Below, in pieces: positions 24,901 to 37,392 of a DNA stretch of 64,000 nucleotides. A model generated the notes under the pieces. The model saw only the letters and a program-made list of their open reading frames with translations. It had not been told where the DNA came from and made no database searches. The stretch spans positions 62,001 to 126,000 of the forward strand of contig JAQGDQ010000239.1 in the NCBI GenBank assembly GCA_030141605.1, given 5' to 3'. The position numbers were made by a program, and so were the translations under genes. Every line of letters begins with the position of its first letter. Position 1 is the stretch's first letter. The DNA is from Tubiluchus corallicola (lineage: Eukaryota; Animalia; Priapulida).

Positions 24901-27900
24901 CCTAAGCTACAGCCTCTTTAGGCTATTGGCAAAAATGTCCCTGGTTTCACCACGGTCGATAACCTTAAAATTGAATTTCTGTTTTATGTATACGATAATG
25001 TAATATATCTATTACAGTGTATTAACCAAGTGTCAGAGCTTGGTGTTGATTGAATTTGAAGTTAAATTTTTGATTCCATTCAATCTGGGTTTTTGGGAGA
25101 AATCAAAATTTTGCAGTGTCTGCAGTACATACATGTACATACTCTTTATATACATACTTTTTCTCTCAACCTTTTTATCTGAAAATTTTTGAATCCCTAG
25201 CTCTTCTTTTTTTACGTATTTTCATTTCACTAGATTCATATTCCTCACAACTATAACTCTAGTCTGGATGCAAACACTTCATTAGCCAATCATTTTGCTG
25301 TTCAGGTAGTTGAATGTTCACCAGCTTTTATACATTTGCTTCCTGTATTAATTCTTGGCTGAAGGCTTCGGCTTCTCATGAGTTTATGTTCCGTAATTAG
25401 ATAAATGCTATTGCAAGAAACTGCTCGATTGCTCAACGCATAGAAATTATGAGCAAAAGTAGTGTGACACGTCAGTTGTATCAGCCTGAAATGGTGTAAA
25501 TCTTAGAAAACTAGGTAAAGCAAAAGTAGTGTGGGAAGACCTGCATGTTATCGTGGATGAGTCATATATTTTGGCATGCAAATAAGGCAGGAAAGTCGTT
25601 TTGTTTAATTGTGTTGTGTACCTAAGTAATTAGTGTTTTACTACATTATTATTTATGCCAAACTTAAAAATTTAAGAATTGCTTCTAGGATTTGACACCC
25701 CCAAAATTTGGTACCCTAGCCTGCTGCCTAGTTTGCCAAATGGTAGAACTGGCCTTTCTGCATATGTATATCAAATATCTGCAACCACTGATGAAGTATT
25801 TGTTTATACTAAATCCTAAATCTACTGAAATAACGAATTGCAAAACTGGTTCTGGTCGCTGAACCAACTGAAGTTAAGCAACAGTGAACTGATCTGTAAT
25901 GGAATGTCTGATCAGCAGGAAGACTATTTTTAGGCACTTTTATCCTCTTTGCCACTCAATTTTGTTTATGTTATTGAGCGGAAGTTTTTTATCATTATCT
26001 TACTGTTTTAATGACATTTAAATTTATAGTGCAATGTAGCTACAAATCTCAAAATAAGCACGAAACATTAGTATGGGGCTATTTTGCATGCAGTATAGTA
26101 AGTAGTTTAAAATTTAAACTATAAAACGTAAATGTAGGCCGTCACGTTTATTGAGTTTGCTAAATGTTTAGCTAAATGTATGATTGAGGAGGAGGACTTA
26201 TAAAATACTGTCTGAGTCACCCAATGTATTAATTACCTGTCACTATTAATTAAAGTGACTTGGAAATTATATTTACATGTGCTTTGATTTGTATGATCTA
26301 TCTTCAAATGCACATCTAGTAACTCTACGCTCTAGCTTCTAGACATTATAGTTTCTCAGTGACTGACTGATTAGATGTCATATATGGTAACCTGAGCTAT
26401 TACAATTATCTGAAACATGCTTTTGACTTGTCTTGTTTTTCTGGTATTGTGTTAAGTCATACATTGATCCATCTCATGATCCATAGTCACTACTTATTAA
26501 AATGCTGGTTTGGCACATTCTCATTCCCTTTAACTCTGTAATGTGAGTAGTCTTGCACATGACATGAACCAACTTATGATTGTCATTAATTATAATAGTG
26601 TAGCCTTGGCGTAGGGAACAGTAGCAGCCTGCTAGTGGCGCATCTTATTAATTTAATTTATCAGCCAGTTGGAAGTTGAAAGAACAAGCAAAGGCAGGCA
26701 GCAGCAAGTGGCATTTTTCTACTAGCAATGGTAAATTATTATTGTTAGAATTGTGATCTTATTTCAGAAGTAAGGAAAAAAGAAACTGTTTATCATTTGC
26801 AAAAGTCAGCAAACATTTAGAGGGGCTAAACCAAATGCTCCCATTTGTACATGTAAATGTGACAACCCTACGTAAATGTATGCAGCATGCTTCGAAACAC
26901 TTGTATATTGGCATATTTCAAGGTACTTCTATTTTGCTTGAAGGAATAGCTTTATTTTTATCTCATTTTAGGTACATGACCGAAGTGACCGTTGAAGATC
27001 CCTCTGTAAGTACAGCTGATGGTTTTGGAGAGCTTAGTGCTTTTGACTTGCTAACGGGAACAGACATTACACCTAGTGTGACACCCATAAAATACAGGCA
27101 TATTGTAAACCACAGTGAAGATAATAAAGGTACTGGATACTCTGAAGTTTCAAATTGACTGCTGAAACATTTTTATAAGTTAAATGTTGACTGACTAACT
27201 AACCAGCTCTTGGCTGGCTGGCTAAATTTCTAGAGACTTAGGTGAAACTGATGACTAATGGAGTCACTTCATTGACAGATGGTAATCCATTAAATATTGT
27301 AGATGCTTGGAAAATAACTGGCAAAGCATATTCCGAACAAAGGTAGAACTTTATTTACCTTTGAGAAGTTGACGCTAGAGTGTTCATTTTGGGGCGTCAG
27401 CAGTGTTGCTGTGATATATTATTTGGTGGCTCCAAATTTTTTCCGCGTCTTGCAAGTAGTGCGAGACAGTGGCGCATCTTTTCGTTTTTTGTAATCAAGC
27501 AATTGTCAGAGATTGGACAAAATTTGGAGTAACTTTTTATTAAGCACATTTATTCATTCAAGTTGTACTTGACTGAACAGTCCTTGTAATTGCATGTGTA
27601 ATGATAAATATTTGAAGTTTTTTTTAGCATTGAGACATTTGTCAATGGTTAAGCAATATTTGACTTCATTTATTGTCTGCCCCTTTCTGATGTAATATTT
27701 AAGCTCACATTTTTGTTAACAGATCATGTGATACAGCATCTAAAAGAGAACTGCGACCATTCATCTCCACTACATACGCCATGTGTGCCTGAAAAATATG
27801 TTACTGTACGTATTCTAATTTATGTTTTTTCGTTGTCAAAGTATATATTATCTTGTGCCGTTCACTTGAAATAACTAGCCATGTGCTTAACTTGTAAGAA

Positions 27901-30900
27901 GGTTGAGATGGTTAGGCTCTTTAACTAACCGTTTAAACGTTATTAATTGCGGTCGGTTAACCATTTAATCCCTCTCGATAACGTCATACGTATAACAAAA
28001 TATCGAATACACATGACAAACTAATATGAAGAAAGTGCCTAACCCTGTTATATAATCATAGAAATTTACTCAGCTTAGTATGTCTTCAGTATGTTACTAA
28101 ATTATGGACAAATTTTTGAACAACAAAATTCAATTTATGAAGAAATACCTGCGATGCATTTACCAACTCTGAATTATGCCATACTTACTCACGCATCGTT
28201 GGTTGTACATAAACTCCCATGCTTTCAGAGTCTGCCTTGCTGGAATCACCATGTGAGCAAACTCCGAATATTAATACACAACGAACAATAAAGCACCTTG
28301 GTTAGTATTGCTACAGGTCGACGACTCCACGTGTTGTTTTCAGTGCTGCAACGATTTTGCCAGGGCAGTGCTATTATGCACAGTAAGAGAAAATGCGGGA
28401 ATTTCCCTTGTAAAAGCCTTGTTGCTATGATACTGAATGTCCTAATTATTGATACTGTGTAAAGAGTGATGGGATTTGTTTGTGAAAAAATTCTGTAAGG
28501 TTAAAATGTGAAGGAAACTAATTGTTAAACGGTTAACCGTCTCAACCTTAGCTTGTAACAATTTTCAGATATAAAGTGTGCTTTTGGGGTCATTTCTATT
28601 TGTTGTTTCAATTTTGTTTGGATTTTAACTTATTGCTATGAATGCTTGCTGCTTTTCATTACAGAAAACAGAAAATGAAATGAGCGTGAGTGCAAGTTCA
28701 CTAAAAGGAATAGATGATTCTAATTGCTTTGCTCACAGTGACTTGCTAAGAAACTCATGTGTTCAGTCTAGTTATATGGACATAAAGGTTGAGCAGCACA
28801 GTTCAGTGAGAACCACACCGGTTAAATCTCATGCCACATTATCTCCGGCCGACGTGAGTGAAATTTTAGCTTTTGGGTTTGTTTCGTCTGATGTAGGACT
28901 TTGATAATGATACTTAACTTACGAACAGGCTCAAAAATTTTAATGTATTCATCTACATCCCATTATTTTATTGTAGAAAAGGCGATTTTAGTATTTAATG
29001 TCTTTATTTTGAGAAAAGTGAATCGGCAGAAAAAGCCTAATGTGTCTTGTGACATTCTGAATGTCAGCTCAAGCAAATGCAGACACTTCTGTTGTATGAA
29101 ATGTTTCGAAAAGTGAAGCATAGACGTATTAACTACCAAAAGTGATGAAAGTGACACTGAAGTTAGTGCTATATTTCTTTTAAATAATCAATCTTTTCTT
29201 ATTCGGTCACTAATAAAATAATATTCATTAAAAACTACAGTGTGCATAGCTACATGATACATTTTATGCACATCGTAATAATCGTATTCATCTTGCAGTT
29301 GGTGGATGCTATGTGGCACCATGGTTCTGTTCCATCAGCTGCAGTACATGGTCTTACTTCAACACCGGTGTGTAGTGCGGGCACATTAGTCACAACTCCA
29401 GATCCACATTTTAATGGTAACGCCATGGTGAAAAGTGAAAATTTGTAAGTCTGGCTTATCACTTGTTTTGTTTTTCAAATCTGTTGAGAATGCCTAAAAC
29501 TTATTGCATTTCTCAAATGCTTTCTTTTATTATTGTTTTTTGTAGATACGTAAACATGTTAATACAGTGTGTTCCAAATTGGTGCATAGGTAAACGGATT
29601 TATTAAACCGAAGATTCCTATTTTGTAGCAATGTTATTTTCTATGTTATTTCAGTGCATATTGTTTGTTTATGAAGCCAATGCTCTTGACTTTCAGTAAA
29701 CTGCTTCTAAAACATTTTTCAGTAAAGTCCAATAATTTATTAACATTCGTAAACGTGTAATTAAAGTAACCCCCAAAAATGTGTATGATTTATCTATGAT
29801 CCATTACCCTTTATATGTGATGAGCTGCTTGCCAAGTTAAAATTCAGCAGTCATTCATTTGAGTCATTAACATTCTCCCGCACAACTGTTTATAGCAAGA
29901 AATAGCAATGTTTGTTTAACCTAATTACATATGAAAAATGAGTGAGCTGGATCATAGACTGTATGGGACATGCACAGTGTGGTCTATTTCAGTGAAATTT
30001 TTTTTCAAAGATCCATTTTCTTGAGTTCAGTGAAGTGTCGCACATTTGAATAGTCACTGTTCTGCAGTCCACAATGCAGTGTTTCCAGCGCATGTCGCAT
30101 TTCAGCAGCTAATACAGTAATTTCTGATTCATCGTTGTCATCACCAATGTCTTGTTGATGAGGGTTATTAAGTGAAAAAAATGCAAAGTCGTAAAATGTG
30201 ATTGGAACAAAGGTACTAGCTCAGTTGAAATGCTGGAACATTGATCAGGGTTCTCACAGTCAGGCAGAATCCAGGAAAATTCTTGAAAATACAGGCTGTC
30301 CTGAAAATTCACGGAAAAGGATAATTTGGCAAAAAGTCAGGGAAATTAGAATGGGTTGCAAAAATAATCACCGTAAACTGACATTTTTCCAAACATATTT
30401 TTCAGCGATTTGTGTTCAAATAAAATTTTGCTGTGGCAGGCAGGCTCCCAGTTTCGATTTCTGTTCCAGAAATAATGATTGGCCAACACATTATATATCA
30501 GTATATGTATGAATGACCATACACAAGAATGTTTGAATATGTATACTGGTAATGTACTTTCTGCTTATCTTGCTCATGGAAAACCAGTATTTGGTCACGG
30601 AAAAATCAGGAAAATTTATTTTAAAATTTTGTGGGCACCCTAATTGATATGGCCTTAATTTACAATTTTGGTGTCTTCACGGCACTCAAGGTGGATTTAT
30701 AAAGTGAAGTTTGGATTTAATAATAATGAGTTTGCTACCATTGTTGTAAACAGCTATGTTTTTATTAATAAGAAAATAAAATAAAAAAAACTTCACAGCT
30801 GTTTTTCAGTGTTGGTAACATGGTAGCCATTTTCTAATATCTAAGCCTACAAATGATTTAGTTTTAATGTGCTAAGCCACTGAACAGTCCACTAATAGCG

Positions 30901-33900
30901 AATATAGTAGTTGATAATATTTTAACATCCAAGTTTATGCTGTGACCAGTACATTACTTGATAAAGCCACAGTTCTTCCATGTATTTTGTATTTCATAAT
31001 TAGAAATGATGAAGAACATTCTGGCAAACCAACAACTCCTAAAGTGAGGCGTTGCATTTTAAGCAGCACGCCACTAACTCCAACACCTTTCAAGAATGCT
31101 CTGGCAGCTTTAGAAAAAAGAAGCGGGCCTGTTAAAGACCTGGTAAGTTTTAACTTTTTTTAGTTTTTTAGTTTGTAGTGTTTTATAATAGCTACTTTTA
31201 TTACATTTGTTACTGAGTATAATTGCATTGTTTGCATAACTGCATAATTTGCAGTGGTAGTTCACTAGAGTTATCGGGTGAGAAAAGGTATTTCTGTTTT
31301 TCAGATTTATTGAAGAATAAGTGGCTTTTAGTAACATTATAATTGAAGTAATTACGAACTATTTTAATTTAAGTTGGCTTCATTTGAACTTCACTAACTA
31401 CTTTGAATTAGATAAGATTTTGTAGCATTCGTCGAATAACAAAGAGTAAGACTGGTTACTTGGTGTCACTTATTCATAAAATAAGAAATAATAATGATAT
31501 ACTCGTGCCAAAAATTTACGTAAGAACGTATATTATTTTATAATATGGAGATATATGGTAAACTAATCAGTACATACAAAAACTGATAAATAAGTGAGCA
31601 GCAACAAATAATATTGTTATGCTTGAGCATAAGATTATTCATTCTTTTTCAGACGAGATTAGGTTCACCTACTCATCTAGCAGACATTGAGGAGTTTATC
31701 ATCCAGGACACTAGTGAGGCTGACCTCTCCTCATATAATTCATTATTAGACAGTGGGATCGGTTCAGCCAAGCGACCAAGTGAAAAAGAAGTAAATAGTA
31801 GTGTTCCCTTGGATATTGTCAGTGAACTGCGATGCAGTTGCATAGATTTTATTTATGTGTGTAAGCTCAGTAACAGATGGTGTATAATTTTTATTTTAAG
31901 GTAACAGCAGAGCTGACCTTCAGCCAGTTAAACCAATTTTTCCCATTTGGGCTCCATGCCTCAGACCTTTTCGTGTACGCACAACAGTACATTACAAAGA
32001 GTGACTGCTGCCAGTTTTTTGCTGTTGGTTGTTGCAGCTAGAGTAAACCCTTGTTATAACGGACTAATGTGAGGGGTATTGGAAAAAACCCAGCAACTGA
32101 AGACACTTTGTTTAGTCACTTCAATGTTTACTATTTCTTGTAAACGTGAAGCATGTTTCTTTAACTTGCTTCTGAAATGAGGTTAATAAAATAGTTGATA
32201 AAGTTGTATTCACCACGTATTTTCTTTGTGCACATTCTTATGGGGCGTTCTCAATAAACGCTTACTTTATGAGCATCACTTAGGCCAAATGTAGCTTGGC
32301 ACATTCAGTACATAATAACTTGGCCTCATCAGCAGAGTTATTGTGGTTTATACTAATTAAAACAAAAGCTAATAAATAAATTTATTTTGCTCTAGAACTG
32401 AAAGGTTAAGCTAATTGACTAGTTAACTTGATTGTGACTTAATAATTTTTAGTTGTAACAAGCTGTGAACGAAATAAATCTCAGCTAGTGTAATACGGGC
32501 TGGTGCTGCCTAGTCCAGCACATTACATACCAATTTTGCGGCCTTTGGTCCTAGTTCAAGATACAAGGCTTTTCTAATATAACCATAGTCGGTAGATCGG
32601 ACATGCAAAAGTAGTCTGTTATACCCAAAGTTCTTATAAGGAATTGTGTTATAACAAGGGTTTACTGTCATTATGAGTTTTAAGTGAGTTTTTGAAATCC
32701 AAAAAGTTATTTCTGAATTTTGTTGCAAAAGGGCGCACTTTCTGCTACTGTTCAGTGGTGATCTATACATTTTGTTTTCTACTTGTAAGGCTTACTTGTG
32801 TGCAGTTTTATAATGTATGTATGAATTGTACATACATTATGACGATGTAGCTGTTTTGTTCATTAAATCGCGTGCACCGCACATTTTGAGCTCTAGATGT
32901 TTTCATTGCTTTCTGTTCTGCTGTCGAAATATAAAGTTTGTAATAGACTAAATGTGTATATTTATGATACTACAGATTTTTGTTGGGAACATGGGGCCTA
33001 CCAAAATTGTATCCAAGTAGGGCCCTGCATCTTCTAATGTCAGCCCTGAGTGACAGTTGTGACTGTTATTTTATTTATTATTTAGAATAAATTGCCTGCA
33101 AAGAAGGCTCGAAAGTCTCTCACCGAAAGTTGGTCAGCACCGGGTGATGTGCAGCTAAATCCAAGTGGTCCATTTCCTTCTATCACCTCACTAAATAAAA
33201 CTCCGGTAAGTTTACTTCTTCTTTTATTATTCCAATTTTTCACCATCTTCCTTCTGTTTATTGCTTTCCCGTGTTTTCGTGATGCATTGTTAAATTGTTT
33301 TGGATTGGATACAGAACTTGCAAGGAATGCAAATATATGAATTTGTTTGTTTAGTTTCACTTGGACTCACACTCTTGGATTTTATAGTTCTAAACTGATC
33401 AGAGGCTTTTGCTGCTCTATCTGAAAGACGAATCAAGTGAAATGAATGTTTTGTTACAGACAAAGGAAATGCGTCCAGATGGCTCAATGCTATTTTCACC
33501 CCCATCTATTCTACGTGATTCGTTACCGAACATCTCGCTAAATGATGGTTTCCTGTGTGCTAATTCGCAGGACAAACAAGATAGCACAGATGATACTACA
33601 AGAAGTATTCAGAATGTGAAGTGGCAACAGACAAAAGCAGGGCAGCAGAAAGTAAAGGTCTCTAATGATCCTGCTGAGTTGCAGCCAACTGTGAAGGTTC
33701 GTTATTTTATTTTATAATAATTGTTACAGGTATCATAATCAGCAATTGCCAACTCTGACAATAAGCAAAAAAAAACAGTGCTTATCTAACAAGGTAGAAA
33801 CTATTAAACTATATGTCTGATTAAGGGGCCTGTCTCGTCTAAGATGTATGTTTATTTGTAAGCTGAAAAGTGAATTCAAAAATAAGTTTGTCATTTAGCA

Positions 33901-34078
33901 GATTGTGCACTTGTCAATGAAAAATGAATATCAAATGGACCTTTTGTTTGTGCAGGTTAGCGTAAATATGAACATTGAATGGGAAAGGGTTGTTTGTGGC
34001 AAGACAAGAGACCAATTAGACATGACTAATAAAGCCAGACAATGGATTAGTACAAAGTCAGAACCGATTGCACCATAG
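18901..34078 (+). CDS. MYB: Three-repeat (R1R2R3) Myb transcription factor, invertebrate single-copy, B-Myb-like type; 17 coding exons, about 740 aa
   Basis: Exons 18901-18932, 20048-20186, 20369-20521, 20636-20739, 22277-22405, 23324-23468, 23737-23818, 24254-24359, 26972-27129, 27723-27805, 28665-28853, 29299-29444, 31004-31142, 31653-31790, 33086-33205, 33460-33696, 33956-34078; total 2223 nt with consistent phases. Motifs: R1 ([22 protein letters not shown]), R2 ([26 protein letters not shown]), R3 ([39 protein letters not shown]), [18 protein letters not shown] and C-terminal [13 protein letters not shown] (MuvB-binding). Central low-complexity exons 7-11 are less certain. Confidence 0.93.
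20820..21644. mobile_element. pogo/Tc1-mariner-type MITE in Myb intron 4
   Basis: TA|CAGTGTACACCGCTTAATAAATCC ... GGATTTATTATACGTGGACTACTG|TA with GGATTTAT subterminal repeats; a related copy lies at about 29565-30738. Confidence 0.75.
27898..28550. mobile_element. hAT-type MITE in Myb intron 10
   Basis: TIRs AAGGTTGAGATGGTTA / TAACCGTCTCAACCTT; near-identical 8-bp target duplication ACTTGTAA (27890-27897) / GCTTGTAA (28551-28558). Confidence 0.8.
29565..30738. mobile_element. Second, diverged copy of the 20820-21644 MITE family, interrupted by a nested insertion
   Basis: Shares collinear blocks ATGAAGCCAATG, TTTGAGTCATTAAC, GTGAAGTGTCGCAC, ATACAGTAATTTCT, CATCACCAATGTCTT and AAGGTGGA(C/T)TTATAAAG with the intron 4 element. 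The right end is approximate. Confidence 0.7.
30246..30642. mobile_element. CAGGG-terminal hAT-like MITE nested inside the pogo-like MITE
   Basis: TIRs CAGGGTTCTCAC / GTGGGCACCCTA, GGAAAA subterminal repeats, flanking direct repeat ATTGAT on both sides. Confidence 0.7.
32041..32667. mobile_element. Tigger/pogo-type MITE in Myb intron 14
   Basis: Perfect 19-bp TIR AGTAAACCCTTGTTATAAC (32042-32060) / GTTATAACAAGGGTTTACT (32648-32666). Confidence 0.8.
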
Positions 34079-37000
34079 CAATAGGTTGTCTGTTGCTGCT
34101 GCTTAAAATGTCTTAATGCTACTGCACGCAGGTGCTTTTGTGCCTTTTATGATCAATTTTTGTTAGTCTTGTTGTTCGATGACAGGAGAGTCACTTACAG
34201 GGAAAAACTTTGTGGTACTAATGAACTATTCCGGTTTGCTTGGCAAAATGATTTTTATCATCCAGCTCCAACACAATATTTATTCCTTTACGTAACTGTT
34301 TTAAAACTTGTAATGAATACAGTGTATGTGTGAGAAGCAACTACAACAACCTTGCAGTTTTTTAAAAGAATTCAATTTAAATAAACAGTTTATGTTATTA
34401 GTTCACATGTAGAGAACATAATAAGCGAGATTTGTTGTTGAAGTTTTGCTAAGCTACCTGTAGTTTGTTCGTACACGTCTTATTTTTGAGTATACTCTTG
34501 AACTGTTTCTCATTACATCTTGTTCTTAATGTCACTAATTATTTAACATTGCTCCTGATTGTGGTATTTCTCCTAATTTTTAGCTCTATATAAGCTGTGA
34601 GAGTTTGGCTTATCCATAAGCTGTTGTAACAATAGTTTTATTTGTATATAATTGTAGGGTTTTATAGTGCAACATTATCAGGGGCTGTTTTTTCCATGCA
34701 CCATCTGGTGTTGGTTTTAACATATTTATTATCGATTCTGTCTAGTAATGTTGTTAAATGCAATTAGCCACATTAATTTTGTGAGCTCGAGTATCGTATA
34801 GTGATTTATTTATGCACGCTGCTCATTGTTGCTGATGTTTATTTGTTAAAAAAGAATTTTAAATTATTGTGTAAAATCAGTTCACAAAAATGGCTTAAAG
34901 TTTGTTGCTTTGTGCTTGAGTGATTAGTGCACATAGAAGTGTGTTTGAGTATGTAGGAAATCATTCATAACTCATTTGTTTTCATATTGCATATACAGTA
35001 AACTTTTGTTAAGATGGAGAATTAATGTTCGAGGAATAACTATTTTTAATACAATATACCATTGCTGCAGGCAAAATGATGAACTTGTTTAACAATCTCA
35101 ATAACGTACATGTATACAGCACATCTTGTTGGCAATTAGAACATAAACAGGACAGTTGTAAAACTGTACTTAACATACAAAACGTCAGACAGCCAAAGCT
35201 AAGTGTTGAAGGCACAATATGTTTGTTATAATATTTGTAGCAGCAAATTACTATTTCGCTTGTAAGTTTCTAAAATGGCTTGCGTAAATGTGGACTATAA
35301 AATGCACCAGCATATTTTAAATCAAAAGCATTGAACTGTTTTGGATTTCTGGTGGCTTATAATGCAAACATTACAAGAGTATAAACAGAAATCAAACAGT
35401 TTGCTGAATTATTTTATCTTTTAGCAATCTTAAGATCGTTTGAGAAATGTAATATATATATATTCGATTAAACAACAACTTAATCTTTTTTTATTATTAA
35501 AGCCTGCAGACGTTACAATGTGTATCGTGAGGTTAGTATCGTGATATGTATTGTGTCGTGACTTGGGTGTATCGTTACAGCCTTAGTGTGTATAGTTATT
35601 TTTTCAACCGTACAAAATTTTTGCAATTATTACAGAGGTAAAATATTGTTTTCAGGTAATTGTAATGCAGGTGTATAGTGCCTGGAAAGGTTAGAAAGAG
35701 TCAGATTTATAAGTTTCTCTAAGCCAAAGAAAACTTAAATAGATATGCTGCTCACTGAGCTTTGGTGACAACATGACGTGAACCATTTTAAATTAATAAA
35801 AACCCTGTCTGTTTCCTATTTTTTCATTTAAGTTTTTATGCTGTTACAAGATATTGTCAAATACTGCTCAAAGGCATAAAATAGCATTAATGTTCGTTAA
35901 AGTTAAACAATCAGTGTATTTTATTTTTTAGAAGAGACATTTTAATGATTGATCACAAAGTTTACATGAGTAATTAACTTATGTTGTTTGAACCCATATT
36001 GTTTACAGCAGCCCTTCTAAACTGATCGTGTATAAGTGCAACATTTCACAGAAATCTTGATACAAGTGACATATTGTCTTTTTTGCATCATTTTACTTGA
36101 CAGTTTCTTGTAATCCCACAAGTACGTCACAATGATATATTTTCTGAAATAACTGACAAATTGCCTCCAAGTGTACACACATTCTTGATACTGTTTTCCG
36201 TTTCATCATCAAACTTATATTGCAGTGGTTGTCAGTGAGCAAAGAGTTTGTGAAATTGAGATGCTTAGGCAGAGCTTAGTGTGTGTGCTGCTGACTACGT
36301 TGGCTCAGTTTGTTTTTGTTTTTATGAGCTCCACTGTAACAAAGGTTTACTGTATCATATTTATAATCAGAAAGAATGAAGGTCGTTACTTTTAATAAAA
36401 GCAGTAATCAATATAGTATCATTATTTAATACTGCCTAGTTTGATATCCTACATTATGGTACTATGCTGTGTTGCACTATTTAGCTATTACTATTGTTGA
36501 AATTACTACCAATCGTGGTTGAGGATATATTTACAAATGGTTGTGTGTTTAAAGTTGAGTATCATGTTGGTATTTATATCTATATATTGTGTGACACGTG
36601 TAATCATGAAAAAAGCTCTGATAATTTTTATTAAATGGTTAACTTTTTTATTTTAAGCATACTTGCTTCTCATTTTTAGTGTCATTTTTCCCCGATGAAT
36701 ATTATTAAAATATTTAGACATAAATTATTCACCAAGCCCATGTGCCCTATTCTTGCCATCTATGCTTTTCCACATACTGCATCAAAATTGATTATTGATT
36801 TGGGCTTTAAACTGTGATAACTTTTTCCTTTTACTCAGTAATCCTGGATTTTACCTTCTTTCAACGTTATGTACCGTTTCTAATAAGCAGACATTGCATA
36901 TTTTGTTCTTTCCATTGATTAGTCATCACATCACATCATTATTGCTAGATACATTATTAGTGGATCTTATCTTTTCCTACAATACTTGTTGAGGAGTGTA

Positions 37001-37118
37001 TGACATAATACTAATTTCACTGTATTGTTATCCATGACAATTATTATTATAAACGAATTTGTGAGTGAGTGCATGAGTGGTCATATTTTATAAAGCAATA
37101 ATGTTAGTAGAAAAATGA

Positions 37119-37392
37119 ACAGTTTAATTAGCAAATACAATGTTGCTTTTTAGTTAAGGAAATATTGTATCATTTAATAAGTGGTCATGCAAATGCCGTA
37201 CTGTGTAAGCCTTAATGTTAAAATCCATAGACCTGCATTATTTTCTTTTTTCTTCACAGTTTAATTAGCAATTACAATGTTGCTTTTTAGTTAAGGAAAT
37301 ATTGTATCATTTAATAAGTGGCCATGCAAATGCCGTACTGTGTAGGCCTTAATGTTAAAATCCATAGACCTGCATTATTTTCTTTTTTCTTC
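37119..37392. repeat. Tandem duplication, 2 x 137 bp, between the Myb and DDX54 3' ends
   Basis: Unit ACAGTTTAATTAGCAA...ATTTTCTTTTTTCTTC at 37119-37255 and 37256-37392, differing at about 3 positions. Confidence 0.95.

Noticed and set aside
26665-26730. Possible extra 66-nt Myb exon
   Set aside because: It is open only in phase 1, while the flanking exons require phase 2, and it shows no Myb similarity.
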